A DNA stretch of 49,870 nt from Candidatus Hydrogenedentota bacterium (GTDB taxonomy: Bacteria > Hydrogenedentota > Hydrogenedentia > Hydrogenedentales > SLHB01). Numbering within the stretch: the stretch's first letter is position 1; each line of letters starts with the position of its first letter. The notes beneath the pieces were generated by a model. It saw only the letters and a list, made by a program, of their open reading frames with translations, did no database searches and was not told the origin of the DNA. The stretch is taken from the NCBI GenBank assembly GCA_029974275.1, contig JARKSN010000059.1, positions 1-49,870 of the forward strand, given 5' to 3'. Positions 8,652-18,930 of the stretch are shown here, piece after piece. The position numbers and the translations under genes were made by a program.

Positions 8652-9637
8652 CGCCAGCTTTTGTCTTCGTAGGGATGTTTCGGAATGGCCGTCATAATCT
8701 GGCGGCTGACAAGATCGTCGAGGCTTCCGGGGCAGGAACCAGCGTCCTTGCGATACAAGCGCACGGCATTGCGCAATTGGCCCAGCGCCCGATCGACGCT
8801 TTCGTTCAATAACGATGTGTTCTGCACACGGCCTGCCGAATCCAGGAAAAACGTTCCGCCAAGGGGGTCGATCCGCTCTGCGTTGTCCGTAATGTCCCGG
8901 AGCGATCGCGGCGGACTCCCCGTGCGCGCGGCATACGCCTCGGCTGCTTGTTCCAGTTCCTCGCACGCAAGGCGCATGTCCAGCAACGCCAGTTTGCGCG
9001 AAGCCAGGTCGCGCATGAACTTGTCTGCATGATGTTGGGCCATATCGGTCCACATGGCCCGCTCCATGTCCGTAAGCTTGTTTTTGCGCTGCAATCCCGC
9101 CGCGACATGCGCGACGTTTTCCGGGGCTGTTCCTGTCGCCACGGCCAGCTTGAGATAGGCGGCGGCGGCCTCGGCGGCGCCGGGCTGATCGCGCCGATTC
9201 ACCATGTGGACCATGGCGATCTCGTAGGGCAACTCCCAGCGGTCCGGATTGGGGGGAATGCCTGACTTGAGCAGACGGATGCTGGCGTCATCGTCGGCCT
9301 TGAGAGCGGCCAGGAAAATGCCCCCGTAGCGATAGACATCCACGAAATACGGGTCGAGCCGCGTAATCATCGTGCACATATGATCGAGCCACGTGAATTT
9401 GAAGTCTCCCCGGAAATGCGTTGATGTGTATTGGATGCACTTGAGCCAAAGCACGTCGGCCACAACGCCGCTCAACCCCGCCGTGAAATGATCGAGCAGA
9501 TGTTCGTTGGGCAGGTACAGCAGTTCCTCATCGAAGGCCGCCGTGCGCATCGCATCCAGGCGGCGTTGCGACAGCGCCGTGAGACTCAAGGAGGCCGAGA
9601 CGACCAACAACGCCACGATCGCCTTGCGCCCTCTCAT
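8618..9637 (-). CDS. XapA-like TPR membrane protein with C-terminal GspG-like motifs
   Basis: ATGA-coupled to the permease; N-terminal TM; ADVLWL..IQY, LDPYF..VY, NPDRW motifs; C-terminal Y..xTG..P.SL..L repeats. Confidence 0.7.
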   Translation of the reverse strand: MRGRKAIVALLVVSASLSLTALSQRRLDAMRTAAFDEELLYLPNEHLLDHFTAGLSGVVADVLWLKCIQYTSTHFRGDFKFTWLDHMCTMITRLDPYFVDVYRYGGIFLAALKADDDASIRLLKSGIPPNPDRWELPYEIAMVHMVNRRDQPGAAEAAAAYLKLAVATGTAPENVAHVAAGLQRKNKLTDMERAMWTDMAQHHADKFMRDLASRKLALLDMRLACEELEQAAEAYAARTGSPPRSLRDITDNAERIDPLGGTFFLDSAGRVQNTSLLNESVDRALGQLRNAVRLYRKDAGSCPGSLDDLVSRQIMTAIPKHPYEDKSWRYDPATGEIVP

Positions 9638-10395
9638 ACGTCCTTGTCCTCGAACGCCAACGCCGCCAAGGTCAGCAGCATGGCGGTGTACACGGTTCCA
9701 TAGGCAAGCGCCCATACAACGTAGGACGGAGCGATTGCAACGCCGTTGGCGGCCTCGGATGCGATATCGAAATGGGAAAGATTGGGGAGAACGTAGTAGA
9801 GCGCTTGGAGAACCTGTTTCGAGACGGTTCCGTCGAATTGGGGCGGCAAGTTGATGAAGATGTTCGTGGCGTGGCCGACAACGTAGGCGGCGAACACGAT
9901 GATCGCCCCGAGAATGGGCGCGGTCAGAGCGGAAAGCAGCACGGCCAAGGCGGTGATGAGCAGCAGTTTCCAGTAGATGAGCAGCGCGGCCAGATAGAAC
10001 GAGCTCGTGAGCCTTCCGCCGAGGAGGAAGACGTAGACGGCGGCGATGGCGGTCATCACGAAGACCACGACGGCCAGCAATCCCGCAAGGCCAAGGCACT
10101 TGCCCAGCACGAATTCGTAGCGGGCCATCGGGCGGCAGAGAATCGTGTAGATGGTGCGTTTGTCGATTTCCTTATGGACGAGATTCGTGCCCACGAAAAT
10201 GGCGATGAGGACGCCGAACACGCTGATCGCCGCGAGAGATATGTCTACCATGATCTTGATGTCCTGCCCGATGCTGATCCAGCCCAAGGCTTTCGATCCG
10301 AAAATGGCGGCGGCGGCGAAAAAGACCAGCACGTAGAGAACCCTGTCTCGCACCGCTTCCCGGAAGGTGTTGTGCGCCACGGCCCATATTCTCAT
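9634..10395 (-). CDS. ABC-2 transporter permease (PilI/XapB-like)
   Basis: NTFREAVRDR, EIDKRTIYTIL..P..R..FVLGK, LPNL, FEDKD C-terminus; about 6 TM segments. Confidence 0.88.
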   Translation of the reverse strand: MRIWAVAHNTFREAVRDRVLYVLVFFAAAAIFGSKALGWISIGQDIKIMVDISLAAISVFGVLIAIFVGTNLVHKEIDKRTIYTILCRPMARYEFVLGKCLGLAGLLAVVVFVMTAIAAVYVFLLGGRLTSSFYLAALLIYWKLLLITALAVLLSALTAPILGAIIVFAAYVVGHATNIFINLPPQFDGTVSKQVLQALYYVLPNLSHFDIASEAANGVAIAPSYVVWALAYGTVYTAMLLTLAALAFEDKDV

Positions 10396-11318
10396 GATTC
10401 GATCTCCTGATGTCGCATGAAATAATCTTCAAGCGAATCGCGCACGGGCGTGAATTCAACCAATTTGGCGCCCGCCGCCTGTCCCGCGCGCACCGCTTCG
10501 TTGGCGCTGTCAAGATCGTCATAGACGAAATGCCGGCCCGCCTCGGACACGCGCGCCAGTTTGGCGCCCGCCGCAAACGCCGCGGCGGCGGTTTCGTTCA
10601 ATCCATGGAGAATTACCTCGACTTTGTGGAAGCGTTGGGCGATCAGTTCCTCGATCCGGCCTTGGGCGACAAGCTTTCCTTTCACCAAGATGCCGACGCG
10701 ATCGCAAATTTGCTCCACGTCTCCCAGGACGTGGGAACTGAAAAAGATGGTTTTTCCCTCGTCGCGCAGGCGCAGGATGAGTTCCCGGATCATCCGCCTT
10801 CCCATCGGATCGAGGCCGCTCATTGGCTCGTCCAGGATAAGCGCCGGCGGATCGCCGACAAGCGCCACCGCAAATCCGAGGCGCTGGCGCATCCCCTTTG
10901 AAAACCCGCGGACTCGCTGATCGGCGATCGTGGCCAGATCAAGCCATTCGGAGAGCTTCGACCATTCCGCCGCGCGTTCGGAACGGTCCAATCCCTGCAG
11001 TTGCCCGTAGAAGTCGAGGGTTTCGCGCGGATTCAGATATTCGTAGAAGTAGGGGTTTTCCGGCAGATAGCCGATGCGTTGACGCGCTTTGCGGCTTCTG
11101 GCATCGAAGCCCATGACGGACGCCGTCCCCCGGGTCGGGCGCAACAAACTGCACAATAGTTTGATCGTCGTGGTTTTTCCCGCGCCGTTTTTGCCTAAAA
11201 ATCCGAAGACTTCGTTTTGCTGGACCGCGAGGTTCAGGCCATCCAACGAGGTCACGGAACCGCGCCCCACGTGACTTTGGTATGTCTTGGTCAGATCGTG
11301 CGTGACAATGGCGTCCAT
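10392..11318 (-). CDS. ABC transporter ATP-binding protein (PilH/XapD-like)
   Basis: Walker A GKNGAGKTT, signature FSKGMRQ, Walker B LILDEP, SSH, SLEDYF. Confidence 0.93.
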   Translation of the reverse strand: MDAIVTHDLTKTYQSHVGRGSVTSLDGLNLAVQQNEVFGFLGKNGAGKTTTIKLLCSLLRPTRGTASVMGFDARSRKARQRIGYLPENPYFYEYLNPRETLDFYGQLQGLDRSERAAEWSKLSEWLDLATIADQRVRGFSKGMRQRLGFAVALVGDPPALILDEPMSGLDPMGRRMIRELILRLRDEGKTIFFSSHVLGDVEQICDRVGILVKGKLVAQGRIEELIAQRFHKVEVILHGLNETAAAAFAAGAKLARVSEAGRHFVYDDLDSANEAVRAGQAAGAKLVEFTPVRDSLEDYFMRHQEIES

Positions 11319-11393
11319 GATGCGCCTGCTCCTTCCATTCCTGACCGCCCGCCGGAGGCGGGGCGATCGAAACGCCTTTCGGGCGCTTGGGGG

Positions 11394-14027
11394 TTATTGC
11401 GCGGCCATGCCGACGCCGCAACAGCCCGCCGCCTCGACGTAACAGAAGGCATGCTGTTTGAGCGTGTTGGCGCATACGTGAAAGCGGGTTGCGCCTCCCT
11501 GTCCTACGTCGAAAATTTTGATCACGTTGGCGAAGGCGGCGGCTTCGGGCAGTAGTTCCTCGAGACGATTGGGGACGCCTTCGAAGTAGTCTTTTTGGAG
11601 GATGTTGTCGTCTTGGCTCGGAAAGACGGCAAGGTACAGCATGTCCATTTCGACCAGTTCGCTAAAAAAGTGCGTGCCCATGGAAACGTCGGGCACAAGA
11701 TCATCGCGCATCGCCACGATCTCGCACAACACCGAGACGGAGTTGATTTCCGCGAAATTGACGGGGACGCCGAGGGAGGGGGTCGTAGTTCCCCATCGTC
11801 CCGGTCCCAGCAGCATCAGCGTTTCGGGCTTGGCCTCGTCGTCGAGATGCGTGAGACGTCCGATCAGCCTAGCGACGGAATACCGCTCCGACAGGGGCAG
11901 ATGCCCATACACCGAGGGAACGACATAAATGATCCGGTCCGCTTCCGCCACGCGGCTCTGCCCGATAATCGGGCCGTGCGTCTCCAGCACGAGGTTTTCG
12001 CGCGCGATCGTTGCCGGGTCTGGCAGCGCGACGACGCCGGTGTCGCTTTTGACCTGCAGGGGCCGGCATTGCACGATGTTCACCCGGTAGACGCCGTTTT
12101 CGGTGAAATTCGCGGTGAATTCGATGTCCACGGGATAGTCATAGGCCTGCTGAATGCGTTGCAGCATCTCCCGCATGTTCTCGATAAACGTGGTGCTGGA
12201 AACCAGGTCCTCGAAAGCGAGCACCCACGGGGCCGATCCGCGCGGTCCGCCGGATGCGTGATCCTGCGAGGCGAACAACCGGAGGGGCAGATCGTTTGCC
12301 TGCTTGATCACGTCCTCGAATTCGATGGAAACGAGTTGGTTGGCGTTGATGTCCAGGACATCCACCTTGCGCTGCGCGAAGCGGCGCACGTCGTTGAGAG
12401 TCGCCTCGGGTCTGCGTTCCGGGTCGTTCAGGGCGATCACGCGCGTATAGTCGTCGTCGAAGCGATCGACCGCGCGCGTGCCCAATCCGAACACCAGGCG
12501 CAACAGGCCCGCTTTGGGATCGATATACTCGTTCCAAACGTAGGGGTTGAAGGAAAAGCCGACGCCCGCGATGTTGGGGAAGAACAGCCCCCCTTGAAGC
12601 GATCCCGAGACGCGTTGGACGAGCAGGGCCATCTGCTCGTCTTTGTCGAGAATGCCGAAGCGCGCGCGGTATGACAGCGCCTTTTCGCTCATCGTGCTCG
12701 CGTAGATGGTTTTCACGGCGGTGATGAAGTCCGCGAGACGCTTATGCCGCGACCCTTGATTCACGCAAAACACGCTGTCGTATTTCCCAGCGAATGCATT
12801 GCCGAAATTGTCCTCGAGCAAACTGCTGGATCGGACGATGATCGGCGATTGCCCGAAGTAATCGAGCATATCGAGGAATTGCTGTTCGATATGCTCCGGG
12901 AAAGTTCCCATCATGATGCGCTGGCGCGCTTTTTCCGCGCCGGTGAGGAAAGCGGTGGGATCTTTCTGGGTCTCGCGCATCCACCAGCATCCGTTTTTGA
13001 CCAGGAAGGTGTAGAACACGTCCGAACCGATATAGAACGAATCGTGCACCTCGAGCCATTCGTCCCATCGCGCGTCCGTCTGGTGCAGAATGGCCCGGGC
13101 CAGCAGCATTCCCACCGCCTTTCCGCCAATGAGGCCCGTTCCGATGGTTCGGCGCCCGATGTTGAGCAGGTCCTCCAGGCTGAAATACTTCTCGGCAAGC
13201 GCCAGGACGCGCGGATCGCGCGAAACCGCCATGCGCAGCAACCGCGCTTTTATCTCCTCCGCGTCCGGGTTTTGGTCGGAGGTCTTCATGGCCGGGTCTA
13301 CGGCTCCTTCGGCCTTCATGAATGCGCGGTGCCAGACGTCCAACTGGGTGCTCACGGACTCGAAAGCGGAACGCGGGCATGACGTGAGGACTTCGGCGAT
13401 CGTGGCGCTGTCGGTCACGGCGACGAACTGGTCGTCTTTCCATGCGTGCAGCATGTGCATTGTGGGAGAATAGCGTTGTTGCACTTTGAGGGGATGCACG
13501 TAGAGCCTGTTCTTGTGCTGGTACACGTCGAGAAAGAGCTGGGTCGTTTCGGAAATGGCCATCGTGGCATGCGGCGAATGATAATTCCGCATCAAGCCGA
13601 AGTAGGCCACCGTTTCCATATCGAACAGATATGGACACGTGAGCATGAAGAAATTGCCGAGCATCTGATCGCTGTACCAATCGGCCGTCAAGTCGGAAAG
13701 ACAGTCGAAGACGTAGAAGGCTCCTTTCCCGGCGCGTTCGATTTCCTTGTGGACGCCGCCCAGAAAGGTTTCAAAGCCGGCTTGGGGATCGAGCGTGCGA
13801 ATGGCCACGCCCGCCCCTTCGGGCACGAGCGGGGCATGACGCGCGAATCGGAAATAGATGACGTTGCGGCCGCGCTGGACGGCCGTCTCGTAATACGCCT
13901 TGACAAAAGGGGAATACGAGGCGATCGCATCCACCTGCCACACGATGTTGTCGCCCAGCATGACGCCTTTGAGCATTTGATCGAGCGCTGGGAGCCCCGT
14001 GCTCAACTGCGCGTTTACCTGCACCAT
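11394..14027 (-). CDS. PEP/pyruvate-binding (PPDK_N-like) domain protein with a degenerate RecA/KaiC-like N-terminal domain
   Basis: GLIGGKAVG, PIIVRSSSLLED, FAGKY, VFGLGTRAV, DIEF, QCRP, GPGRWG, GTHFF; GGGAGG RBS before ATG at 14027. Confidence 0.85.
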   Translation of the reverse strand: MVQVNAQLSTGLPALDQMLKGVMLGDNIVWQVDAIASYSPFVKAYYETAVQRGRNVIYFRFARHAPLVPEGAGVAIRTLDPQAGFETFLGGVHKEIERAGKGAFYVFDCLSDLTADWYSDQMLGNFFMLTCPYLFDMETVAYFGLMRNYHSPHATMAISETTQLFLDVYQHKNRLYVHPLKVQQRYSPTMHMLHAWKDDQFVAVTDSATIAEVLTSCPRSAFESVSTQLDVWHRAFMKAEGAVDPAMKTSDQNPDAEEIKARLLRMAVSRDPRVLALAEKYFSLEDLLNIGRRTIGTGLIGGKAVGMLLARAILHQTDARWDEWLEVHDSFYIGSDVFYTFLVKNGCWWMRETQKDPTAFLTGAEKARQRIMMGTFPEHIEQQFLDMLDYFGQSPIIVRSSSLLEDNFGNAFAGKYDSVFCVNQGSRHKRLADFITAVKTIYASTMSEKALSYRARFGILDKDEQMALLVQRVSGSLQGGLFFPNIAGVGFSFNPYVWNEYIDPKAGLLRLVFGLGTRAVDRFDDDYTRVIALNDPERRPEATLNDVRRFAQRKVDVLDINANQLVSIEFEDVIKQANDLPLRLFASQDHASGGPRGSAPWVLAFEDLVSSTTFIENMREMLQRIQQAYDYPVDIEFTANFTENGVYRVNIVQCRPLQVKSDTGVVALPDPATIARENLVLETHGPIIGQSRVAEADRIIYVVPSVYGHLPLSERYSVARLIGRLTHLDDEAKPETLMLLGPGRWGTTTPSLGVPVNFAEINSVSVLCEIVAMRDDLVPDVSMGTHFFSELVEMDMLYLAVFPSQDDNILQKDYFEGVPNRLEELLPEAAAFANVIKIFDVGQGGATRFHVCANTLKQHAFCYVEAAGCCGVGMAAQ

Positions 14028-14203
14028 ATCGTCCCTCCCTCGTGAGATCGCTGGCATGCCGACGCGAAAGCCGTTCCGGAAGAGAACGCTACACCACGCC
14101 CCCCGCTCCATGCAACCGCTGGGAACAGCAGAGCCGGATCTGGGATCCAATCTCTACAGGCGCCCAGTCCGACTTGACCGATCAATGGCATCACAGCAAA
14201 GTC

Positions 14204-14231
14204 TTGACCCAGCCGCGCTTTTCGCTACAAT
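14204..14231 (+). promoter_or_regulatory. Putative sigma70 promoter of the two-component operon
   Basis: TTGACC-16 bp-TACAAT upstream of a GGGAGG RBS and GTG at 14266. Confidence 0.55.
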
Positions 14232-14265
14232 AGGAACGGGGCCGCTTTCAGGGAGGGAGGGACGC

Positions 14266-15786
14266 GTGGGAAAGGGCAGCGCTTCGAAACGTTTTGGGGA
14301 AACGTTATGTACGCGGGTGCTGGAAGCGGCTGCGGTGGGCCTTGTCGTCACCGACGCGCGCGCAACGGGCTACCCCGTCAAAGCCAGCAATCCCGCCTTC
14401 ACCTCCCTGTCGGGCTATTCGCGGGAAATCGTGTCCTCGTGGACGGCCGATAACCTTATTGGAGACCATACGCCGGAGAGCGTGCGCGCCCAGGTTCTCG
14501 CGGCGTTGCGAAACGGGACTTCGTGCCGCGTCATCACGCAGCAGGCGCGCAACGACGGCATTCCCTACTGGGCGGAACTGACGTTGTCGATCATTCACGG
14601 ATGCGCGAACCGGCCCGAAGGGCATATCTGGGCGTTTCGCGATGTGACCCATCAAGTCGCGCTCGATGAATTGTGGCGCCGGTATGAGTTCATCGTGGAT
14701 ACGGCGGGGGACTTGCTGGCGCTCATTGGCGGCGATTATACGTATACCGCCGTGAACGCCTCCTTCGCGAACGCCTTCCAATTGGAAACCGCGGCGGCGA
14801 TCGGGCGTCCCGTCGAAAAAATCTGGGGGCAGGCAAGCTTTCGGGAGAAATTGACGGGGGCGATCGAGCGTTGTTTCGCCGGCCATTTGGCGCATGCGGA
14901 AGGGCGGTTCGAACTGCCCGGCCTGGGCGTGCGGTATCTTGACATCAACTACTATCCCTACCGGGACAGCGCCGGCGTCGTCACGCATGTCGTCGAGGTC
15001 GCTCGCGACATCACCCAGCGCAAGGCCGCGGAAGACGCCGTCATGCGCCTCAACGCCGATCTCGAAAAACGCGTGATCGAACGCACCGCGCGGCTCCAGG
15101 AAGTCGTGCGGGAACTGGATTCTTTCAACTATACGGTCGCGCACGACTTGCGCACTCCGCTGCGCGCCCTGGCGACGTTGGCCAATCTGCTGCGGCGCGA
15201 ATGCGCCGACAATCTGCCCGATCAGGCCCATCACTATTTGACGCTGATGGGAAAAGGCGTGCAGCAGTTGGACGCCATGATCGACGATTTGTTGCGGTTG
15301 TCGCGCCTGGGCCGGCAACCCATGAAAAAAACCGCCGTGGATCTGACGTCCATCGTGCGTCAGATCGCCGATATGCTATTGCGCCAATATCCCGACCGTT
15401 CCATCGCGGTTCAAATCGACGAATTGCCGTCATGCCAAGGCGATCCCGGTTTGCTCCGGGAGGTGGCGCTCAATCTGTTGACCAATGCCTTCAAATTTAC
15501 AGCGCCCCGGAAACATGCCCGCATCTCCGTCGGGTTCCGAAAACAGAAAGGGATCATTCAGTATTTCGTCAAGGACAACGGGATCGGGTTCAGGCCCAGT
15601 GAAGTCGGCCTGCTTTTCACCGTTTTTCGGCGGCTCGACGCGGCGACGGATTATGAGGGCAATGGCATGGGCCTGGCCATCGTTCGCCGAATCGTGGAAC
15701 GTCATGGCGGCCATATCGAGGCCAAGGGAATTCCGGGGCGCGGCGCCGTCTTTTACTTCTCCCTCGGCAACGAAACGGTTCAATAA
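14266..15786 (+). CDS. Cytoplasmic PAS-PAS sensor histidine kinase
   Basis: Two PAS/PAC domains ending RDVT and RDIT, H-box VAHDLRTPL, N-box NLLTNAFKF, DNGIGF, GMGLA. Confidence 0.92.
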   Translation: MGKGSASKRFGETLCTRVLEAAAVGLVVTDARATGYPVKASNPAFTSLSGYSREIVSSWTADNLIGDHTPESVRAQVLAALRNGTSCRVITQQARNDGIPYWAELTLSIIHGCANRPEGHIWAFRDVTHQVALDELWRRYEFIVDTAGDLLALIGGDYTYTAVNASFANAFQLETAAAIGRPVEKIWGQASFREKLTGAIERCFAGHLAHAEGRFELPGLGVRYLDINYYPYRDSAGVVTHVVEVARDITQRKAAEDAVMRLNADLEKRVIERTARLQEVVRELDSFNYTVAHDLRTPLRALATLANLLRRECADNLPDQAHHYLTLMGKGVQQLDAMIDDLLRLSRLGRQPMKKTAVDLTSIVRQIADMLLRQYPDRSIAVQIDELPSCQGDPGLLREVALNLLTNAFKFTAPRKHARISVGFRKQKGIIQYFVKDNGIGFRPSEVGLLFTVFRRLDAATDYEGNGMGLAIVRRIVERHGGHIEAKGIPGRGAVFYFSLGNETVQ

Positions 15787-15799
15787 GGAGCAATACGCG

Positions 15800-16516
15800 A
15801 TGGACCGAACAAAAGTCCTCATTGTCGACGATGACGCCGCCTTACTCGCCAAACTGAACCAAGTTCTCCACAAGGAGGGCTTTGCGGTCGAATCGGTGCA
15901 AACCGGCGAAAACTGTCTTGAGCGTTTGAAGCCTTTCGCCCCTGATCTGCTGATCATCGATATCGTGCTCACCGGGAGCGCCGCCGCCACCACCGGAATG
16001 GATGGCATGGAGCTGTTGCGCCGCGTTCGCCAGCGTTCCAGCGTGCCGGTCATCATGCTGACTCGGACCTCCATCGGATATGTCAAGGTTGCGGCGCTGA
16101 CCATCGGCGCGGACGATTACCTCACCAAGCCTTTCGATCCCGAGGAACTGGTGGCGCGCGCGCGCGCCATCCTGCGCCGCACGAAATCGCAACAGCCCGG
16201 CGAGCCCGTTCTGAAATTCCGGCGGTTGCGCATCGACCCCGGCGCGCGGCGCGTCTGGAAGGACGATGCGCCGCTCGCGCTTCGTCCCCTGGAGTACGAT
16301 CTCCTTTACGCCCTGGCAAAACGCCCCGGACAGGTGTACAACCGGGAACAACTCATCAACCGCGCCTGGAAGCACGATCACTACGGCGATGAACGCGTCG
16401 TCGATGTGCACATGGGGCGCCTTCGCAAGAAGATCGAAGACGATTCCCGCAACCCCCGCCTCATCGTCACGGTGCGGGGAGCAGGGTACCGCTTCGAAGA
16501 CGAACCCGTCTCGTGA
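15800..16516 (+). CDS. OmpR/PhoB-family response regulator
   Basis: AAGGAG RBS; VDDD, phospho-Asp in LIIDIV, GADDYLTKPF, winged helix VDVHMGRLRKK...TVRGAGY. Confidence 0.93.
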   Translation: MDRTKVLIVDDDAALLAKLNQVLHKEGFAVESVQTGENCLERLKPFAPDLLIIDIVLTGSAAATTGMDGMELLRRVRQRSSVPVIMLTRTSIGYVKVAALTIGADDYLTKPFDPEELVARARAILRRTKSQQPGEPVLKFRRLRIDPGARRVWKDDAPLALRPLEYDLLYALAKRPGQVYNREQLINRAWKHDHYGDERVVDVHMGRLRKKIEDDSRNPRLIVTVRGAGYRFEDEPVS

Positions 16517-16711
16517 TGTCGGCGGCGGCGCCTTGGCCACGTCGCCAATTTTGCGTTACCTTCTTCGGTGCGGGGCGCGAGAGGCACAGCGACCTCGGCG
16601 ATGGCAAAGCCCGAAAGCAATTCGATCGCATGGAACCTACAAACGTTTGCATGCTTTCCGGTGGTCTGGTACAGTAGATGCGAATGTTTGGCAAGTGAGA
16701 TTTTCGCTGCG

Positions 16712-17206
16712 ATGCGCATTTTGTTGAGTCTGGGCAGTAATCAGGGCGACCGGGCCGGGAACCTTCGGGCGGCGGTGCGGGCCTTGAATGAACGGGACGG
16801 CGTGCGGGTGGCGGCGGTGTCGCGAGGGTATGCGACGGCCCCGATGGGCGTCGTGGACCAGCCGGATTTCCTGAATGCGGCGGTGGTGGTCGAGACGGAG
16901 CTAACTCCGCTTGAACTGCTGGATGCCGTGAAGGAAATCGAAACGCGCCTGGGACGCGGCGCGACGTATCGCTGGGGACCGCGAGTCATCGACATCGACA
17001 TCGTGTTGGCCGAGGACACGGTGATCACCTCAGACATGTTGACGCTGCCACATCCGGAGTTTCGCTCGCGGGCGTTTGTACTCAAGCCGTTGGCGGAAAT
17101 CGCGCCGGACGACATCGACCCGCTGACCGGCAAGACGGTGGCGGAATTGGCGCGGGCGCCGGAGGCCGTCGGGCGCGTCGTCAAAACGGATATTCGGTTT
17201 TTGTAG
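16712..17206 (+). CDS. folK: 2-amino-4-hydroxy-6-hydroxymethyldihydropteridine diphosphokinase
   Basis: LSLGSN, FLNA, WGPRVIDIDI, LPHP..R.FVL.PL. Confidence 0.95.
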   Translation: MRILLSLGSNQGDRAGNLRAAVRALNERDGVRVAAVSRGYATAPMGVVDQPDFLNAAVVVETELTPLELLDAVKEIETRLGRGATYRWGPRVIDIDIVLAEDTVITSDMLTLPHPEFRSRAFVLKPLAEIAPDDIDPLTGKTVAELARAPEAVGRVVKTDIRFL

Positions 17207-17281
17207 CAACCACTGGGCCGCTCCGCTTGGAGCCCACATGGGACCGGGACGGGTAACGTCACGGGCCAGGAGGTTCGAATC

Positions 17282-18076
17282 ATGGACCGTGTCACGTCGG
17301 TGACACTCAAGCAATGCAAGCAGTCGGGCGAAAAGATCGCCGTGCTGACCGCCTACGATTATCCCGCCGCGAAACTCATGGACGACGCCGGGGTCGATGT
17401 GTTGCTCGTCGGCGATTCGTGCGCGAACGTCGTCATGGGTCTGCCGGATACGCTCGGCATCACGATGGACCAGATGGTTCACCACACGCGCATGGTGTCG
17501 CGTGCGGCGACTCGGGCGATGGTCGTCGGCGACATGCCGTTTCTGTCGTATCAAATCACCCCCGAGGAAGCGTTGCGCCATGCCGGTCGGTTTGTCCAGG
17601 AAGGCGGCGCACAGGCCGTGAAACTGGAAGGTTCCGCGGACAAATTCGGCAGCGCCATCGCGTCGGTTATCCGCGCGGGCATTCCGGTCATGGGACATCT
17701 GGGCTTGACGCCGCAATCGGTGAATGTCTTCGGCGGCTACAAGGTGCAGGGGCGCGACCCACAGGACCGGGTGCGCATCAAGGACGAGGCGCTGGGGCTC
17801 GAAGCGGCGGGCTGTTTCTCGATTGTGTTGGAATGCATTCCTGCGGATCTCGCCGAGGAAATCACCGCCGCCGTGTCGATACCCACCATTGGCATTGGCG
17901 CGGGCGCGGCGTGCGATGGGCAGGTGCTGGTGATGCACGACATGTTGGGCTTTGGCGCTCCGCCGAAGTTTGTGAAGCGCTATGCAGACATCGCGGGAAC
18001 GATGCGCCGCGCGTTTGAAGAGTACGTGAAGGACGTGAAAACGGGCGCGTTCCCCGGCAAGGAGCATCAGTACTGA
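17282..18076 (+). CDS. panB: 3-methyl-2-oxobutanoate hydroxymethyltransferase
   Basis: LTAYD, LVGDS, DMPF, VKLEG, GHLGLTPQ, GIGAG..CDGQVLV. Confidence 0.97.
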   Translation: MDRVTSVTLKQCKQSGEKIAVLTAYDYPAAKLMDDAGVDVLLVGDSCANVVMGLPDTLGITMDQMVHHTRMVSRAATRAMVVGDMPFLSYQITPEEALRHAGRFVQEGGAQAVKLEGSADKFGSAIASVIRAGIPVMGHLGLTPQSVNVFGGYKVQGRDPQDRVRIKDEALGLEAAGCFSIVLECIPADLAEEITAAVSIPTIGIGAGAACDGQVLVMHDMLGFGAPPKFVKRYADIAGTMRRAFEEYVKDVKTGAFPGKEHQY

Positions 18077-18930
18077 TGCACATCCTGCGCACACCCGCCG
18101 CAATGCGCGCATGGGCCGAGGAACAACGTCGCGCGGGCAAGACCATTGGCTTTGCTCCCACGATGGGCGCGTTACACGCGGGGCATGCCAGCCTGATGCG
18201 CGCGGCCTCGGAACAGAATGACGTCGGCGTGTTGAGTGTCTTCGTGAACCCGACGCAGTTCGGCCCGAACGAAGACCTCGACAAGTACCCGCGCGCGTTC
18301 GAGGCGGACATCGCGATGGCCAAAGACTGTGGCATCGTCGTAACGTATGCGCCGGGCGTGGGGGAGATGTACCCGGAAGGCTACGCGACGTATGTGACCG
18401 TTGAGCGCCTGACAGAGGGCCTCTGCGGCGCGGCGCGACCGGTGCATTTTCGCGGGGTTGCGACGGTGGTGACGAAGCTGTTCCATGCCGTTCTGCCGCA
18501 CCGCGCGTATTTCGGACAGAAGGACGCGCAACAGTGCGCCGTGATTAAGCGGATGGCGCGCGACCTCGATATGGGCATTGAAATCGTCGAGATGCCGATC
18601 GTGCGCGAGGCGGACGGTCTCGCGATGAGTTCGCGGAATGCCTATCTCAGCGCGGACGAACGGCGACGCGCGCTCTGTATTTCGAAAGCGCTCGGGCATG
18701 CCCGCGCGCTCTTGGAAGGCGGGGAACGCGATGGGTGTGTCGTCGTGGATGCCGTGCGGGCGCGCTTGGACGGCGTGGACAGAATAGATTATGTAGAACT
18801 TGTCGACGCAGAGGAGATGACGCCCCAGAAAACCGTGCAGGGCAACGTGCTGCTGGCGGTGGCGGCGTTCGTCGGGACGACGCGTTTGATTGACAACATC
18901 AAGTATGAGGTGCGTAATTCATGTTGCTGA
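18076..18930 (+). CDS. panC: Pantoate--beta-alanine ligase
   Basis: [35 protein letters not shown]. Confidence 0.97.
   Translation: MHILRTPAAMRAWAEEQRRAGKTIGFAPTMGALHAGHASLMRAASEQNDVGVLSVFVNPTQFGPNEDLDKYPRAFEADIAMAKDCGIVVTYAPGVGEMYPEGYATYVTVERLTEGLCGAARPVHFRGVATVVTKLFHAVLPHRAYFGQKDAQQCAVIKRMARDLDMGIEIVEMPIVREADGLAMSSRNAYLSADERRRALCISKALGHARALLEGGERDGCVVVDAVRARLDGVDRIDYVELVDAEEMTPQKTVQGNVLLAVAAFVGTTRLIDNIKYEVRNSCC

Noticed and set aside
11340..11390. GC-rich hairpin between the PPDK-like gene and the ABC ATPase
   Set aside because: No U-tract and no other copy noticed; cannot be called a terminator or REP
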